From the NCBI RefSeq assembly GCF_004010195.1, contig NC_057718.1, forward strand, positions 97,028,079-97,092,078: a stretch of 64,000 nucleotides of DNA, written 5' to 3'. This document shows positions 24,680 to 38,515 of this stretch, in pieces. Every line of letters begins with the position of its first letter. Within the stretch, counting starts at the first letter, position 1. A program made the position numbers and the translations under genes. Source of the stretch: Chiloscyllium plagiosum. Taxonomy: Eukaryota. The notes beneath the pieces are model-generated. The model ran no database searches. It had not been told where the DNA came from and saw nothing but the letters and a program-made list of their open reading frames with translations.

Positions 24680-25646
24680 GAGAGAAACTTGCAGGTTTCC
24701 ATGTTCTCATGCATCTAGATGGTAAAGGTTGTGGGTTTGGAAGTGCTGTCTAAGGAGCCTTGATGAATTGTTGCACTGTATCTTGCAGATGATATATACT
24801 GCTGCCACTGAACATCAATTACGAAGGAGTGTGTATGTTGAAGATGTTAGGTGGCATAACAGTCAAGCAGGATGCCCGATAGTGTCAATCTGCTTCAGTG
24901 TTAAGGCTGCACCCATCTAACTAAATGGGGAGCATCTCATCACATTCCAGGCTTGTGCCTTATACAGTAGACGGTTTTGGGCATGGAATCAGGGAATGAG
25001 TTACTTGCCTCAGAATTCCCAAGCTCTGGCCTGCTCTTGTAACCACATTATTGAAGAAACTGCTCCAATTCAGTTTCTGGTCAGTGGTAAACCCCAGGAT
25101 GTTAATGGTAGGGTATTCAGTGATGATGATGATGACATTGCATATCAAGGCGGAAGAGTTAGATCCTGTTTGTTGAAAGTGGTAATTGCTCAGCACTTAA
25201 TGTGGTGCGGATCTACCTGTTACTTGTCAGCCCAAGCCTGGATATTATCCAGATCTTATTACATTTAAACATGGACTGCTTCAGCATGGGAGGGGTCATG
25301 AATAGTGCTGAACATTGTACTATCTTCGGCGAACATGTCCATTTTTGACTTATGTCGGTGGGATGATTGATGAAGCTGCTGAAGATGTTTAGGCTGAGGA
25401 CGCTACCATGAGGAACATCTGCAGGGATGTCTTGGAACTGAATGACTGACCTCCAGCAACCACAAACATCTTCCCTTATCCGCAACTTGAAGTTAATAGA
25501 AGAAGAATTGTATCAGACTGTGTCTTGAGATTTTTCTTTAAAATCTTTGACAAATTTATTGACAATAAAAAGGGGAGGAAACTGTATTGAAAAAGACAAT
25601 AGTTTATTCAGAACACAAGACAGAAATTGCTGGAGAAATTCAGCAG

Positions 25647-26412
25647 GTAAGGTCCTAGGGAGTGTTGCTGAACAAAGAGACCTTGGAGTGCAGGTTCATA
25701 GCTCCTTGAAAGTGGAGTCTCAGGTAGATAGGATGGTGAAGGCGGTGTTTGGTATGTTTTCCTTTATTGGTCAGAGTATTGAGTACAGGAGTTGGAAGGT
25801 CATGTTGCAGCTGTACAGGACATTGGTTAGGCCACTGTTGGAATATTGCGTGCAATTCTGGTCTCCTTCCTATTGGAAAGATGTTGTGAAACTTGAAAGG
25901 GTTCAGAAAAGATTTACAAGGATGTTGTCAGGATTGGAGGATTTGAGCTACAGGGAGAGGCTGAACAGGCTGGGACTGTTTTCCCTGGAGCGTCGGGGCT
26001 GAGGGGTGACCTTATAGAGGTTTACAAAATTATGAGGGGCATGGATAGGGTAAATAGGCAAAGTCTTTTCTCTGGGGTCAGGGAGTCCAGAACTAGAGGA
26101 CGTAGGTTTAGGGTGAGGGGGTAAAGATACAAAAGAGACCTAAGGGGCAACGTTTCCACATAGAGGATGGTACGGGTATGGAATGAGCTGCCTGAGGCAA
26201 TTGCAACATTTAAAAGGCATCTGGATGGGTATATGAACTGGAAGGGTTTGGAAGGATAGGGGCCGGGTGCTGGCAGGTGGGACTAGATTAGGTTGGGTTC
26301 TCCAGTCAGTATGGATGAGTTGGACCAAAGGGTCTGTTTTTGTGCTATACATCTCTTTGACTCTAGATTGGGTTGAGATATCTGGTTGGCATGGACGGGT
26401 TGGACCGAAGGG
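25647..26412 (+). mobile_element. CR1 LINE fragment inserted in a Penelope terminal repeat
   Basis: ORF 25547-26002 EQRDLGVQVHSSLKV...LYRTLVRPLLEYCVQFWSP; PLE terminal sequence on both sides. Confidence 0.92.
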
Positions 26413-26614
26413 CTGTATAGAGAAAGCTGAGCTAATGTTTTGAGTCCAGTGATCCTTCTTCAAAACTGATTGTAACTTGGAAAAGGTGGAATATATGCTA
26501 AAATCAGTGGGTTTGGGGAGGAGCAATTGGATGGGGGAGATGGAGTGATGGAGAGTGAGGATGGCAGACAAAGGGATGCATGACTGTAAACCAGGGTGAG
26601 AGAAAATCTGATCG

Positions 26615-27140
26615 TGATTTGATTTGATTTATTGTCACATGTATCCCCAGCAGTATAGGCAGATCATAGTGAGCAAGGCCATATAGATCATAGGGTGAAG
26701 AAACCCTCGACAGAGTGAAGCATACAGGGTGTGTGCGAGGCAAGATCAAGATTAACGAGATCAGCATTATTTGAAGTTAGAATGTCCATTCATCACTCTA
26801 ATAATGGCTGGGAATAAGCTGTTCCTGAACCTGCTGGTGCGTGTGTTCAGGCTTCTGTATCTTCTGTCTGATGGAAGAGGTTGTGGGAGAGCATTACTGA
26901 GGTGAAATAGGTCTTTGATGATGTTAGCAGCCTTTCTATGGCAATGAGTCCATGGATGTAAAGTTAGCTGTTGGTGGGGGATCTGGGCTGTACAGACCAC
27001 CTTCTGTAGTTTCTTACGATCCTGGGCAGAGCAGTTCCCTTACCAGGCCGTTATGCATCCAGATGGTATGCTTTCTGTGGTGCATCTGTGTCCTTAAGGA
27101 CATGCTGAATTTGCTGAGCCGCATGAGGAATAAGAGGTGA
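26615..27140 (-). mobile_element. Rex1/Babar-type LINE 3' fragment
   Basis: KAANIIKDLFHLSNALPQPLPSDRRYRSLNTRTSRFRNSLFPAIIR; (GATTT)n tail. Confidence 0.85.
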
Positions 27141-28304
27141 TTCCAGGGAACGTCATTTATTTATTTGAATAGTTTATCAGGATTGCGTTGAACCAGTCCC
27201 GCATCTGTGGTCAAATTCAGAGAGACAATGACCGTGAGTGCTGACAATTCATCATCAAAATCCGTAAATACCTACCTTTCTGTTTCAAATTCTGTTCAGA
27301 TTTCTAAATCCAGCAGCGGAACAAGGAATCCTTTCGAGTGAAAAATTCTCCACTTCATCTACCTATCCCTCTAAATGAAAATGTATTTATTGGGCTTACT
27401 GCAGATTTCTGAGCACAGACGTTTAAAACGATGCCAAATTTTGCTTTGCACGTTCTCTAGTTGAGTGTTACATTTGGTTTACAGCGACTGAGAGTGATGG
27501 CTTAAAGCTGCAGCCTTTCAAACGTGACAATACCCAAGGACTCAGCGGAGAAAGTGAGCAGATTGCACAACAAGGAAAAGGCAGCAAGGTGTATGTACTG
27601 AACTAACGTAATTGTTGGGTGTTGCATTGTTTCTGGTGTGGTGAACATGCATCCAGGAAAGATTAGATTCGATAATAGGTCTTTTCCCATTTGTGCAAGT
27701 CCAGACTAACTCGTGTGAGTTAATGTACGGTAGTACCTTAGATAGAGAAGAGCTAGAATTAAGTGCCTTAGTATTTGTTAAAGAAAACACAAATAATGTT
27801 CAAAATCTTCCAAAGTCGAGGGAAATCCAACACCTTCAGAACTTGCCTCCTACTTTGGAATAATCTTGTTCGATGAGTGCATTCAAGGCCAGGACAATCG
27901 TTCTTGATTCCAATGGGGAATCAAGGCATCGAGTGGGAAAGTGGAGTTGAGGTCAGTCATGGCTACTTTGAGTGGTGCATCAGTCGAGAGAAACAGACCA
28001 TCTCTTAACTTCTGATGTATGCATCATTGAATGTTGAACGAGCTCTTTACCTTGAAAATAGAGTTGATTTAGCACTAATTCGCTGACCAGCAGAATTTCT
28101 CTTTCTCCCACCTTTTTTCCACCACTGACAAACATATTGTTAGTAATCACTGAGATGCCCCACACTTCTGTTTGCAAAAAATTACACTATCTGTTTAATT
28201 AATGGCATGCTTAGTAACAAATAAATTAGCAACAGGATTTAGGTCATTATCATCTTGAATCCCTTTGGCCATTCTATTAGATTGTAGTTGATTTGTATCT
28301 TTCA

Positions 28305-28392
28305 AGCAAAAACAGATATTGCTGGAAAAGCTCAGCAGTGTCTGTGGAGAGAAATCAGAGTTAAGGTTTTGGGTCTAACGACCCTTCGTTTG
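28305..28392 (-). mobile_element. Penelope terminal-repeat fragment
   Basis: Similar to the left arm of 3091-3317. Confidence 0.6.
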
Positions 28393-29897
28393 AATTCTTT
28401 GAAGTCCATTGGCTTTTGTGGTTCCATATCCCTCCCCAGCTAAAATCTATCAATTATTCACTGATTACTGATGTTTAACAAGGCCTTACCAAGGCCAAAT
28501 CATTTTCTGCACTACTCGTTATAGGCAGACTGTCTCAAATCCGATTCTCTGCTAAACAGAGGCTGGTATCTTCCCAGGTGACTGTTGTTGGGGGCACCTG
28601 TCTTGTCTGCCAGTATGTGGTACTGGGTAAGGGTTGTTTGGCATCAATCCTCCGTTATCTTTGCTTTGCCTTAGGCCTTTCGAATGATTCCTGGTAGAGG
28701 ATACAGCAGCACAGGGTATCTGCAGAAGAGGCACTGTTCTTATACAGTGAGATTTATTGCACTACACCAATGGGCTAAGACGTGGACTTGAAGGAGCTAG
28801 TGGAGATACATTTGCTCCATTCAAAATCTAGAGCAGAAGTCCTTGTCTCTGACCACACACTGTAATATCAGTGGAATGGACATTGACTTATTCCAAGCTA
28901 TTAACCTTGCACAACACGGAGATGCCCGAAAACAGGACATTTTTAGAAGCTGCGATGCATGAACTCTTAATTCTTCTTAAGTCAGTAAAATAACATAACT
29001 GCTGATTTGACACATTGGACTGTCAGTACTCATGAGAGTGGTCTGAGTGACCTTTGACCCTAACCAACCCTGGCCCAAACTGCTCGACAAAATTCCGTCC
29101 CAAAGAATGCTGCTTTTGGAGATGTGAAACCTGCGATTGATTTTTGAAGACTTGATGTAAGTATACGTCATCTGTTCACTCACTTGAATTATTTTATAGT
29201 CATTCGTGGGCCAGCATTTACTACCCATCTCTAGTTGCCCCTTGAGAAGGTAGGGGTGAGCTGCCTTCTTGAACTGCTGCAGTCCATATGCTGCCGGTAG
29301 ACCCACAATGCCCTGAGGGAGGCAATTCCCTGATAAGTCTGAACCTCAGCTCTTGTTGTTATCAGGTAGGTAAGTAGATGTGGCTCAGAAGAGAAGCCAC
29401 AAAGGTGTGTTGAGTTGAAAATTCAGGCGTTACCTGGGGGCAACTGTCATGTGAAAATGAAACCATAGTTTGAGCTAATTTTAAACAGCAGGGGTTAGCG
29501 CTGCTTTCAAAAGTATCAGTTGCACAGAGCAATCCTTCTCTGAACATATGTGAAAACTTCCTGTACGGTAAAATAAGGATGCTAACCTTCCTGTCTCCCT
29601 GAATGGAGAGGTCCCCTGGGGCAGTGAAAGAGATGGAGTGCAAACAAATGATTACTTGATAAAGAAATGGTGCCTTTCATTCTTCGCACGATGTTCTCAT
29701 TCACACAAAGGGTTCACTGTCTCTCTCACAACCATGCCATGGTGGGGATAACAGATTTGCTTCTGTAAAGTCGTACTGTTTTGAAAATAGACCAACAGTT
29801 ACTTGGTAGTACAGAACTTGAATATCGCTGAAAATAAGATGCATTTATTTGAATAGTTTTGCCTTGCACTCATTGGGGCAATTTGCAAGTGTACCAT

Positions 29898-30196
29898 GGA
29901 ATCATAGAATTGCTACAGTACAGATATAGGCTATTCGGTCCATATAGTCTGCACTGACCCTCTGAACCTGTAACCCAGCTAGCCAGCACATCCCTGGACA
30001 CTATGGGCCAAACCACCCTAACATGCACATCTTTGGACCATGGGAGGAAAGCAGAGCACCCAGAGGAAACCCATGCAGACCCATGAGAGTACATGCAAAT
30101 GCCACACAGACACGTGCCTGAGGCTGTAATCGAACTCTGGTATCTGACACTGTGGGTCAACAGTGTTCACCACAATTGAGCCACCGTGCTGCCCCG
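29898..30196 (-). mobile_element. HE1-like SINE
   Basis: Reverse complement of the SINE head and core. Confidence 0.8.
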
Positions 30197-30844
30197 GTAC
30201 ACTTGGAAAACCAACATCTATACTCCGTGATCAAGGGTGCTGAAAGATTGACAAATGGACACTGGTGTGGAGGGTGCATCAGTTAATGATAACTGATGGT
30301 CAAATGCCAGGCTTTGTTTAAATTTTAAACCAAGCTGGTTAACTCTGGTCAGTGTATTGCCCAGAGACGTGAACCAGTGTTGTCATCTGTTTTATGGAGT
30401 TGTAGGGGAGTGTGGGTGCATGTTCGTTCGGTCTGTAAACAGCAGTGTCTTAATATCTGTAGCTTCCAATTCCCACCAGTTCACCACTCTAAGTACAACC
30501 GACCACAATAAATTGGTTGTCAATATAATTCATTGGACACAGGACTATATGACCCTGTTATATGAAGTAAACCTCATACAAAAGTACTGAATCAAATTTT
30601 CAACGTAGCTTTAATTCCACAAAGGCGTTGGTAGATGTGATTCATTTGCCTCTTCTGAGAGATTTTCTGATATTGGCAACGTAAAGTTTCTCGGCTAGTT
30701 GATAGGAGGTAACTAGAGACTACTTTAAAGCACTTGCCATGTGCCCTTTACAGCAAATTTGTTATTTGCATCATGGAAGAGGTGCTTGTACAGTGCCTTC
30801 TCACAAGGCTTGATGTACAGCCAGGTTAGAGAAATATAGAGTTA

Positions 30845-31005
30845 AAATAGTAGGGCTGGAGAAACTCAACAGGTCTGGCAGCAACTGTGGGGAGAGAAAC
30901 AAAGTTCGCGTTTCAAATCTGATGGGACTTTTCCTCAGAACTCACATTTCTCCTGCTCTTTCTGACTTTATTCCAGATCTCCAGCGTTCACAGTACTTTG
31001 CTTTC
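30845..31005. mobile_element. Degraded Penelope terminal repeat, possibly an inverted pair
   Basis: gctggagaaactcaacaggtctggcagca...cctcagaact followed by ccagatctccagcg. Confidence 0.55.
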
Positions 31006-31649
31006 CCAGAGCTGTTACCAGACAAAGGTGACAACCATTTTGAACGACTGACTTGCATCCTCTATTTTGACTTCCTATGCCACATTCTCTAAGGGACACC
31101 TTTTTGCCTTGTATTTCCAGGAGACCAGACCTGGGAGTCTCAGTCTATGACTTAAAGTGGAGTATTATTCTGTGTGACATATGTCGATGAGTCCACCAAT
31201 TGAACAGTAGAGAGGAGATGATATCAATATGACTCGAAGGTTAAGACTTGGTTATATCAAACAACTTCCCCAACAACCCCGCCACCCCCACCCCCACCTT
31301 TTCTTATGGACATCAACCTTTTAATTTCAGCCACGACACCCTTTTCCTCCTCCCCCTAACCTCATCCAGCCTCAACCCCAATCTTCTACCTACCAACAAC
31401 ACCTGTCCCAACAAATAGTTCAAGTGCCCCAGTCTCTTCTAATAGTAGTGAGGAGATGTTTTTCTTTATTTGCTTCTGGCCAGACTAGACATGAACAGCA
31501 GGAAATCAATAGGTTTACACAATGATCAATGGTCATTGTCACTGGGCACTATTGCTGAGACTTGCAATTCCAGTTGGATTGAGCGCATTTAAATTTTACC
31601 AGCTGCAATGGTGGGACTTGAACCCACGTCCCAGAGCATTAACCCGGAT

Positions 31650-31820
31650 CGAACACGGAGAATGCTGGAGAACCTCCCCTTCAGCTCATTCAGAGGAGGA
31701 GTCTGCCACACCTGAAACGTGAACTCTTTTTTTTCATCTCTCTCTCTTCACAGATGCTGCCAAACCTGCTGAGTTTCTCCAGCATGCTCTGGAAGGTTTG
31801 TTTCAGATTTCCAGCATCCA
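31650..31820 (+). mobile_element. Degraded Penelope terminal repeat
   Basis: cctgaaacgtgaactc...cacagatgctgccaaacctgctgagtttctccagca. Confidence 0.55.
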
Positions 31821-32929
31821 CTTTTGAATAGCCCTGGGTATCCTGAATTGCCAGTCTTGTGACCTTACCCTGACACCAACATCTCCAGTGATGTTTTGCT
31901 GTCTGTCATTGTCTCTGACTAGAAATAGCTGGTGAATGATGACCCTCTCCAAGAATCATTTGGTGAGGATTCTTCCTGTGAATGCTGACAATAGTGTACT
32001 ACAATTTGCACATGTTGATGCAGTGATCCATTGACTTCAATTGCACTGCGGCGATGATAGTATTTGGAACTTCCAAATTCAGTTGCTGATTCATAAACCA
32101 GTCATTGTGCTACCCATAGCAACCAGGAACGGGTATTTTTAGCTGGATATGAATATACATGTTTGACACTCTGGATGTCTGTGGTGACATCTTCAGGCAG
32201 GAGATTGTACTCGCCAGCTTAAAAAGGTAGCACAAAGTGTGGATTTGTGAGCACTGGTGGTTTCACTAACCATCAGTTGTAGCGTTCGTCTTGCCTGCTA
32301 TCATAGCAGAGTTTGTAGATATTCCAACATAATGAATACAGCATGTCTACAGTCTTTATGAAAGAGACACTCAGTTAAAGTCCAATATCCTTTCTCATTG
32401 GGTGCTGAGTATTATATGACAGTGTTTAAACAAGGGTCATCGGTCTCATGTTAATGATATTGGCCTCCAAATCAATTGCCCATCAGGGACTGATTAACTC
32501 CATCGTCAGCTCCAGATCATCTTACAAGCTGACAATCTTTACATCAGCTTAATGATACACAGCTTGTCATTCACTCTACTTCCTCTCCTTTTCCATTTCA
32601 GTTCCTCACTCATCTTTCTGAGCTGGGCAGAGCTGTCCCCTTAAAAGCCTTCACCCTCCGAGAGAAAGTCTAGATTTACCATGAGCTAGCTCTTCAGCCT
32701 TTTCCTCTTGAATTTTAATTTTCATTCTCTCCTCAGGAAGAGAGCTGAGATTTTAGTGCCACTGATTCAGGAGAAAGTGTTCTGTCCCTTTTTCATATTC
32801 AGTTCTGCAAGTGTGTCTTAAGTAGTCTGTTGCAGATCCTGTTGTGCAGATCCTCCTGATTCAATGCGATGTGATTAGCGTTAAGTCACGGTGCGCTGGT
32901 CCCTGGTTCAGCGCTGTGTACAATTTTCA

Positions 32930-33262
32930 AATCCCTACAGTGTGCAGACAGGCCATTTGGCCCATTGAGTCCATACCGACCCTCCAATGAGCATCCCACC
33001 CAGACCCAGCCCATCCCTATGACCCTGCATTTCCCATGGACCACCCACCTAGCCTGCACATCCCTGAAAACTATTGGCAATTTTGCATGGCCAATCCACC
33101 CTAACCTGCACATCTTTGGAGTATGAAAGGAAACCAGAGCATACCCATGCAGACACAGGGAGAATGTACAAACTCCACGCAGACAGTCACCTGAGGCTGA
33201 AATTGAACCTGGGTCCCTGGCGCTATGAGGCAGCAGTGCTAACCGCTGAGCCACCGTGCCAA
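32930..33262 (-). mobile_element. HE1-like SINE
   Basis: Full-length reverse copy ending ...ctgagccaccgtgcc. Confidence 0.88.
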
Positions 33263-33958
33263 GCCACACTCTTTGTCTTGTTGTGTATGTGGATAGATTC
33301 TGGTTGGTTGATGCCTCTGGCAGGGCACCAGACATTCGGTATTGTAACTAGAAGCTGCCCCTGATGTGCAGTTTGTTGTGTTGTTGCACATACTCCATTA
33401 CTGCTGCATCAGCTTTCCTTCTGGTGCACTGCCTTTGCCAGTGGCTTTTTCCATCACTTGCTTTGCAGAATCGTTTGAAAGCTCCCCATTTTCCTGGTAC
33501 CCTGCAGAAGGCCACACTTTCCATACGTTGTGCTGTGTTTAATGATTGAGTCAAGCGTCAACTTTGGAATCAGGACGGCCAATGAGGATCACTTTGTAGC
33601 TGCATCCATCTTTCAGTAACTGTTCAAAGCTATAACTCTTCAGTTTCTTTCTGGAAAGCTCTCATGGCAGGGGTGTGGGGGGAGGGCAGGGGAGCAGTGA
33701 ATGCACTCACCAACCCACTGTTTTGTTTACTAGTTTTCCTTCTGAAAGATCACACTGTGAGCCCTTTACTCTGCATCTGCTCACAAAGTGATCTTAAAGG
33801 ATTCTGTAGGTTTCTGTCTAAACGAGATGTCAAGTTGTTGAAGATGAAGATTTAATCTGACTCTGAATTGCTCTTTTAATCTGCTCTTTTAATCTTTTGG
33901 GGAGCTTCCAGCTCTTTTGACTATCTGTTAAGTCAACGTAGACCCTCATTTTCATTTG

Positions 33959-34160
33959 AAAATGTGTTGCTGGAAAAGCGCAGCAGGTCAGGCAGCATCC
34001 AAGGAACAGGAGAATCGACGTTTCGGGCATAAGCCCTTCTTCAGGAAACTTATGCCCGAAATGTCGATTCTCCTGTTCCCTGGATGCTGCCTGACCTGCT
34101 GCGCTTTTCCAGCAACACATTTTCAGCTCTGATCTCCAGCATCTGCAGACCTCACTTTCT
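33959..34160. mobile_element. Inverted Penelope terminal-repeat pair with an HHR core and a perfect 15-bp TSD
   Basis: Arms 33958-34033 and 34049-34124 are near-perfect reverse complements; CCTCATTTTCATTTG at 33944-33958 and 34161-34175. Confidence 0.88.
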
Positions 34161-36559
34161 CCTCATTTTCATTTGCCAAGCAATGCTCTTCTGCATTGGA
34201 TGCACCCTACCGAGAAACCATAGCTCTGAATGCTGGTCAAACATTTTCATTTCTGTTTAGAAGTCTGCAGTGTCCCAATTTAGATGAGGCAACTTGGTGG
34301 ACATTCTGACAAGGTGCCTTTGACCCTCTCTTGCTTCCTTTTGTTCAGCACACACTTACTTTCTCAAATGGTTTAAACTGGCCTCTCAATAGGGGTTGGG
34401 CAGCTTACCAGAAAACAGTGCTTTCAACTCTCTCTGAGACTTCAAAGTTATCTCAAGCACTTTCGCGTGAGTCAAGAGTATTGTGACCACCCTGTTTCAC
34501 CTGTAGAGTAGCTCACTGACTGTTCAAGCATGATAGATTTCATCACATGATGCTTTTCACCACTATTTGCAGTTGACCAAAGTGATCTAATTATCAATTG
34601 CTCGTCAGGAATTGATGAACTCCATGAGTTAGTTTATTTAAAACAGAAAAATACACTACAAGTTGTGAAGCAGACATCACAGCAAGCCAACTGGTTTCCG
34701 CAACTGCAATTTGACAGCCCAGACCAGATTAACTGCCAGGCAGAGTCGAAGTATGTATATGCACACAGAGTCCTTAAAGGTGAACTCACTCAAAGGCACG
34801 GCACATAGATCACATCACCCTGTTCCAAAGTGATACCTCACAACCCCTGTACGGCCTATGGTTTTCTAACCCTAATCCTGACTGTTTTGCTTTGTCGGTG
34901 CAAACGAACCCACAATTGTTGTGGTGCAGAAGGAGGCCACTTGGTCTGTCGTACTTACACCAGCTCCATTATCTATTGCCAATTGCCTGCCTTTTTCCCC
35001 ATCTTCCTACCCAGTGCCCTCTTCTGTGCCTCAGTTGAACCTGCTTCCACCACATTTCAAGGCAGTGCTTTCCGTACCCTAATGACTCGCTTAGTTGCTG
35101 AATCTTCCCATACACTGAACTACCCTAGAGATTTGCTTCTTTTCGCCCACATATTTGCATCTTCCCTATCATCTAGTGCCCAAATCTGCATGCAGTGCAT
35201 CAGCTGAGGTCTTGTACAAGTTCAACATCACCTCCATGCTCTTGTACTCGATGTCCTTATTAATAATCTGAGAACTCTGCATGCTTTATTTACAGTTCCT
35301 GTCATCCTTGATGATTTGTGTATTATGCACCCCAGATCTCTCTGCTCCTCTGCACCTCCCCCTTAGAATCACATCCCCTACATTGTATTATGTTCTTCCA
35401 ACTAAGTGTATCATTTCCCACTTCTCTGCACTGAATCTCATCTGCCTCCTCACCACCCAAACATTTAACAGTTTAGTTAACCCTTTCTATAATATTCATC
35501 TATGAGTTCATGTAGGTCAGCGAGTGCAGGAAAATGGTACTCTGGTCCAACTAAAACACAAACAGTAAGATTGAACTGACTTTGGCCCTGATCCTTAGTA
35601 TAATTTTGCAGCGGACTTGGAGGGAAGATATTTGGTATTTTTGCTGTTGTCTAAACACAGGGTTTAGTTAATTACATTCTGCAATATGCTAATGTAAAGT
35701 GCAAATTGCTAGACAAATATTAATTTAATCCTTGTGCTCAATTTTCCCAGTATTGTTTCCATCCTCCCAACTTGCACCAAAATCTTCATTGTAGTTAACT
35801 TTTCTGCCTCAGAATGTTTTATTGTTAGAGAAACAGACACCTATTGTTACTAAGTGTATTGCTCTAGCCCATGAGTAAATATATATGGTAAACACCCATT
35901 GCCTCCTTCATTTGTTCCCTTCACTACTGATACATGCTGGCAGCAGTGTGTACTGTCTGCAAGATGCACTACGGCAACTTACCAAGGCTCCTATGACTCT
36001 AGCTTTCAAGCCAATCTATAAGGGCAAGGGCCACAGAAACATAGGAACAGCACCAGCACAATTTTCCCCTGAAAGGCACTCACCATCCTGAATTGCAATG
36101 TTATTACTGTTCCTTTATTGTCACTGGGTCAAAATCCCCTCCATATCAGTACTGTTCATGTCCCTCCATCCCAAGCAGCTCACCATCACTTTCTCAAGCA
36201 ATTAAGGACAGGAGATACATACCAGCCCAGCCAGCAACACCACATCCCCCTGACTGAGTATCTTTTAAAAATTTGGTCATTACCTAATCGCTGTTTCTCA
36301 ACTCTTGCTTTGCACAATTTGGATCCACATTGCAACAGTGACGAGATGTCACAAAGGCTTCATCGGCTGGGCCAGCATTTAATGCCCGTCCCTATTTGCC
36401 CTGAAGAACCTAGTGTTGAGCTGCCTTCTTCAACCACCATAGTGTTTTAATGAAGAGGTAAAATGCCAGTAGGAAAAGAAGGATAGAAAGTGCCCTCGGG
36501 ATCCCTCTACCTGCTATGCTATTACTGGACAAATCTGATTTGAGACTGAAATGTGGCTT

Positions 36560-37350
36560 GATAGATCATATTTCCTTTCTTTTCTTTTAGTTTTACGGAG
36601 GTGGTCACTCACTGAAATACAGACACTGCAATAAAGCTATATTCTATAAATAGAACAAAATAAAACCAAATAGACCAAATTATTTATATATAATTCTTGT
36701 TCAAAAAGATTTAGAAATACACAGTAAAATGCAATCTCAATAATCTCCACAGCACTCCCTTACAGTACTCTCAATTAGACAGAATTCCCTTTATGGGGCT
36801 TAATTGCTTTATAGTCTCCAGTTCCCAGTCTTGAGAATTTGAGAGACTCTTTCTTAAATCTTCTTACAACTGAGCTTAGACTTTCTCAGCTTCAGATAAC
36901 CTCTTATAGTGTTAAGAAAATACTTCTGGTCTGGAACTATAAAACAAAACTCCTTACATGAAGGTAATCAAAGAGTTCTCAACTTTCTCCCTTTCTCGGA
37001 AGTAACTACTTTATAAATCCAACCTCAGCTAAGACTTCCACAAAATCGCAACTAAAAAGCTTCTGTTTTGAGCTATGGGTGTTTTCCAGAATTCAGAATC
37101 TTCTAGCAGAAATGCTAATGCACTACATTGTTTCCTTTGTTTAGTTGTAAACTCTCTGAATGTAAGAAAAACCCCATTTCTGTAAGACTGTTTTAAAATA
37201 AGTCAGCATGGCCACAGAAATATTTACAAGTTAGTTGTCAAACCTCTTCAGATGCACAGAAATCCCATATGCCACCAGTTCAAAATTCAAGACCTCCAAA
37301 CCAAATATTAAAATAAATATATATATATATTTATAGTCACACACCTTACA
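36560..37350 (-). mobile_element. Possible solo LTR (AT-rich)
   Basis: Ends ...CCTTACA (TGTAAGG on minus) next to a (TA)n run; the other boundary is not established. Confidence 0.3.
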
Positions 37351-38282
37351 TCGCATCCGGAATGCTTTTCCTTGTGCCCAAATATCTACAGGGTCAAAAA
37401 TCAATCTTTTCAGTCACTTCACAAGCCATGGTAAAAATCAGTGCCTCTGAGTAGGCATCATCGTCAAGTGAAGGGTCCATCGACCAGAGTGCTAACTGGC
37501 CACGTGCTTGCTTTCAATTACTCAAGACCCTTGCCAAATACTTGCTTCACATTATGGGATGGACACTCATGAATTTAACAGCTTTGTCCAAAAGAGGCCT
37601 TCAAGTTTGTGGTTCGTTACAAATGCAGAGTTTCAATAAGAAACACATCCACAGGGGACTCTCTATAAATTAAAATGCCTATGGAAATGAAGTGACTTTA
37701 AAGGAAAACCACTTTGGCTTCAGCAGGGCTTAGTGTGTTACAATCGTTGGGCTTGTCAGAACCAAGAAACCAATAAAGATTGAGATTTACAATCAGAAAA
37801 GGGAACGTAAGTTGCAAACAAATAAATTAGTGCAGTTGTATTTGCTTTAAGTGAAGGGAATGATAGCGAGTATTTTCAAATCACAGTAAGTGCTGGTCAT
37901 TCTGGATTAGTGAGCCTTTACCTGGCTATTTATCATGCCAGCACCCATTACCTTCTCTACTACTTAAGACTCTTCCTTGATTAAATCAAGCGTGCTTCTC
38001 TTCTCCCACCATCATTTCCCATCTCCCCAAATGCTCTTTGGCTGTCAACTTAAAAAAACAGTGGAATTAGCGCATTGACCCACCAATCTGGCTTCTGCCA
38101 CTGGGTGAGATTGGAATAGGAGTAGACCTCAAAGTAGATAACATCCTGCATGAAAGATCATCACCTCAAGGAGTCGTAAATGAGTGAGATTCAGCGATAA
38201 AGTCAACTTTATGGATCAAAGCCTCCGTAGTAGCCAGGAACCGCTGTCCTGAAGGCTGGTGTTTTTTTTCCTAAAAGTAAAA

Positions 38283-38515
38283 TCATTCAGGGGATGTCAG
38301 TATTGCTGGCTGGACCAGCATTTATTTCCATTCCTTCATGCCCTTGAGAAAGTGGTGGTGAGCTGCCTTCTTGTACTGCTGCAGTCCATGTGCTGTAAGT
38401 AGACCCTTTAAGGAGGGAGTTCCCACATTTCTAACCAGCGAAGGAACGACGATGTATTTCCAGATCAGGATGGTGAGGGGCTTGGAGGGGCAAATGCAGA
38501 TGGTGGTATTCCCTT
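38283..38515 (-). mobile_element. LINE 3' tail fragment (partner of SINE family B)
   Basis: Same tail as 4250-4500 and 23905-24030. Confidence 0.65.

Larger units (their letters stand above)
23905..25480 (-). mobile_element. CR1/L2-superfamily LINE fragment hosting a SINE and a small solo LTR
   Basis: Degenerate RT motif VPHGSVLSLNIFSSFIN (the PQGSVL motif) in 25213-25485; 3' tail at 23905 shared with SINE family B. Confidence 0.75.
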
